The position numbers were made by a program, and so were the translations under genes. A model generated the notes under the pieces. It did no database searches, had not been told where the DNA came from, and was given only the letters and a program-made list of their open reading frames with translations. Of a stretch of 64,000 nt of DNA, positions 61,215-64,000 are shown piece by piece (position 1 is the first letter of the stretch; each line of letters opens with the position of its first letter). The DNA lies in assembly GCA_053919585.1 (NCBI GenBank), contig CM132793.1; one strand, given 5' to 3'. This DNA comes from Euprymna scolopes (lineage: Eukaryota).

Positions 61215-62425
61215 CTACTTGTTTACGAATTTTCCGTAATGGAATCCCAATGTCTTTCCTTGGTGTCCTGATAAGTGTGTTCCGTGGTTATGTATCATGC
61301 CCTTTGCTGATTGGCTGTGGAGATGTCGATTGGGCGGGACTATGCAGTTTAGTTCGTAATTGAAACCGGCGTCCGTAGCCATCTCCGCACATGTGTGATC
61401 GTTCATTGGTAATTTTTGTGGGTGTGCAAATGATTCGTACCAGCATTCTATTTCTAACATGTACGTTGTTTCGAAAACAAAGTACAAGATACCCGTTTGT
61501 GCTGATGGTCGGAGTATTGGTGGTACATTTATCAAAATCATTTCCGGGGCGTCCTCGTTTGTATATAGTACTTTGTTAATTAACGTTCTGTTGGCTACGG
61601 TAAACGCCCCTGATGTTTGGTTATACCCTGAAATATTTTTATCGTCTTTTTCTTTTTTGCCTGTGCTGTTTGATTTTCTTCCCCTTTGGTGATCGAATGC
61701 AAGGTCGGCTACTTCTGTCATAGTCAGGTCCTCTTGTACTTCTGTTCTTTGTCGTTTTCTTGGTTTATAAGATTCTAAGTTTTCCTCTGCTTTTGTTGCA
61801 ATTGTCCCGTATTTTGGTGCTGTGGATATGTCTAGTCCGGCGTCCCAGGCGGTTGGATTTCCTCCACTTATGGATGATTGCAGTATGCTTGCACTGGAAA
61901 TCATTGCTCCTTGTATGACGTAGTTACCTTGTGTCATGATGTTAGTTATTGGTTTTCTAAGCAGACTGTGATTATGCCATATATGTGTGAAAGTGTCTCC
62001 CTGTCTTACTTTTGTGTGCGGCATCTCTCTCCAGTCGTGAAAGTTTATCATTTTTGTGTCTGTTGCTAGTGTATGTGCGTCTATTGGGGTTGTGTTTGGT
62101 AACTTGTTTAATAAATGTATCGGTGCTGCGTAGTTGTATTTATATTTTGGTAGTTCGGCAGTTGTTCCTATCATCGGTTGGATTTCGGTGAATTCATTGT
62201 TTGGTACTGTTGATATCCCTTCCAGGTTTCCGTAACCGATGTAGTTTCCTCTATCTATGAATATATCAAAGTAAGGTTGTGGATTTGGTACGAATATTTC
62301 CTCGTTATTCTTTGTTAGCCATTCCCCGCATATGATGTTGTCGAGTGTTACTCCGATGCTTTTCACTCTGTACGATGTAGCCGTGTTGAGCATCGCTTCC
62401 CATTTATTGTTTGTTACCCATGTAC
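61215..62425 (-). pseudogene. VP lineage C, 5' truncated
   Basis: 392-aa open segment ending GKFVNK; homology stops at about 62425. Confidence 0.9.
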
Positions 62426-63983
62426 TTAAAAAGTATTATTTGTCCATGTTTTAAAATTTTTATTCTCCCATCTTGGTCTGCATACATAGTTGTAAATTTT
62501 TTCAATCATAGCTTGCATGTATGAATCATTTTGTGGATCAAAATCAATTTCATTAATTGCGTTTAATGCAGAATTAAACTCTGATTCATTTTTTGCTTCT
62601 AACAGGACATATCTTGCACAAAATATATTTTTTATTGATTGTTTGTATGCATTTGGCATCATTTACAAATCTGACCAAGTTTTCCTTTAAATGTCTAGCA
62701 CATAAATACCGTGCTGCATTCCCAAATACTGCATCCAATGCTTTTACGATGGCTTTCTCTTGATCTGATCCAATCTGAATTTGATCAGAAAGATTTAAAC
62801 AAATATTTTTTTTTTTTTGCTATCTTAGATGCTATATGGCTGAAAAAAATGCGTGGTAGACTTCATAAGTTGACTTCTTATGTAAGAGTATTGGACCAAT
62901 GAATACTGGATTATTCTTGGTTGTTTTTTTTAGATATTTTTGTATTTTTAAAGTTCACTAATGTCAGAAAATAAGGACCTAAGTTGAATGTTCTATCAAT
63001 CCCAATTATAGACTTGTCATCCATACAAGAGCAAAGATCCTTAATTTGGTCGTTTGTGTAAAGTATTAGAGCTGGAATATCAGCATCTATTTTAACAACC
63101 ATCCTAACGAATCCATCATCAATTAAGGTTAAACATTCTTGTAGCTGATCAGATAAGTCTGTACTTGTTGGTTGAGAGTTTTTTTTATCTTTTCTCTATA
63201 TTTCAGATTTGTAATGACTTTGTAGTCAGCAATCTCAGTTGGCATGTTGAGGTATATCTTTTTAGTTGGCAAATCTATGTTTTCTTTGATGTTGTCTAGA
63301 GTTTCAGGATTGGTTCGTATTTTTTTTCTGCTCAAAGGTTGAATACCATTATATTGGTAGAACATAAGCTCATCCATATGTGGATTTTGTGTATCAGAAA
63401 TAACTGTAATCCGTCTTTTAAAGGTTTTATCAAATTTGTGAAGAACTTCATGTCTAATTATTGTTATTTCTGCATCGTCAGGCTGTGGTTCCATCAAGAT
63501 GAACTTTCATTTAATATTGTTTTTCTTAAAAAGAATTTGTTGTTTCTTTTATATATTACTTGGAAACTTTTCCGAATATAATAGTCAACATGGTATATCT
63601 TTTTATGAAGATCCCATTCACCACAATTGTCATAAAATGATCTTTTTATACCTATATTTTTATTTTTGTCTATTAAATCTTAACATAAATTGGCAATTAT
63701 TTTTAAGGCCACTTGGAAAATTATTTAAAATGTCTGTGTACTTCAAAAATTACTGATACAGCTTTTTACCTGAACTTATATAAGTCATGAATTTAGAAAC
63801 TCCTTTCATATCATATGCAAATTTATTGATTGGCTGATCAAAATGTTTCATCTCAATTTGATTCGAAATTTCACATGAAACTGGAGTATCATTTAGAATT
63901 TCAGCTTCATTGGTAATGCTTCCTGAATCACTACTGCTTGAATCAATGCTAATAGGGACATTTCCTTGTGAAGACTCTTCCAA
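62426..63983 (-). mobile_element. Degraded Mutator/MULE-like transposase
   Basis: IGIDRTFNLGPYFLT and WTNN motifs in collinear broken ORFs. Confidence 0.6.
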
Positions 63984-64000
63984 TGAAACAAAATGGTTTG

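Overview
Eukaryotic, AT-rich, probably invertebrate DNA with no recognisable host gene. The window is a dense mosaic of endogenous ssDNA-virus sequences and transposon remnants, and every coding remnant I can identify (more than 30) lies on the minus strand, which is the layout of a uni-strand, flamenco-like piRNA cluster. From 1 to 34 kb there are short, degraded parvovirus-like NS1/VP fragments from several lineages, a CRESS-virus Rep with its TAGTATTAC origin, and nested hAT, Tc1/mariner, Merlin, Chapaev-like, BEL and Gypsy elements. From 34.5 to 62.4 kb there is a young, TE-free array of near-complete parvovirus-like genomes (lineages A, A', B, C). These have an atypical VP-then-NS1 gene order, a ~180-190 nt looped hairpin at the VP end, and a conserved NS-end module that finishes in a loop-less palindrome (CCATTAAAC|GTTTAATGG). 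In the array a ~1.5-kb module recurs four times, separating captured viral genomes, inside a ~14-kb higher-order duplication. One genome (about 45084-49806) has both ORFs open and both termini. Junctions suggest capture by hairpin-tip opening, microhomology joining and homologous recombination with resident copies. Family assignments come from motif recognition only; no database search was run.
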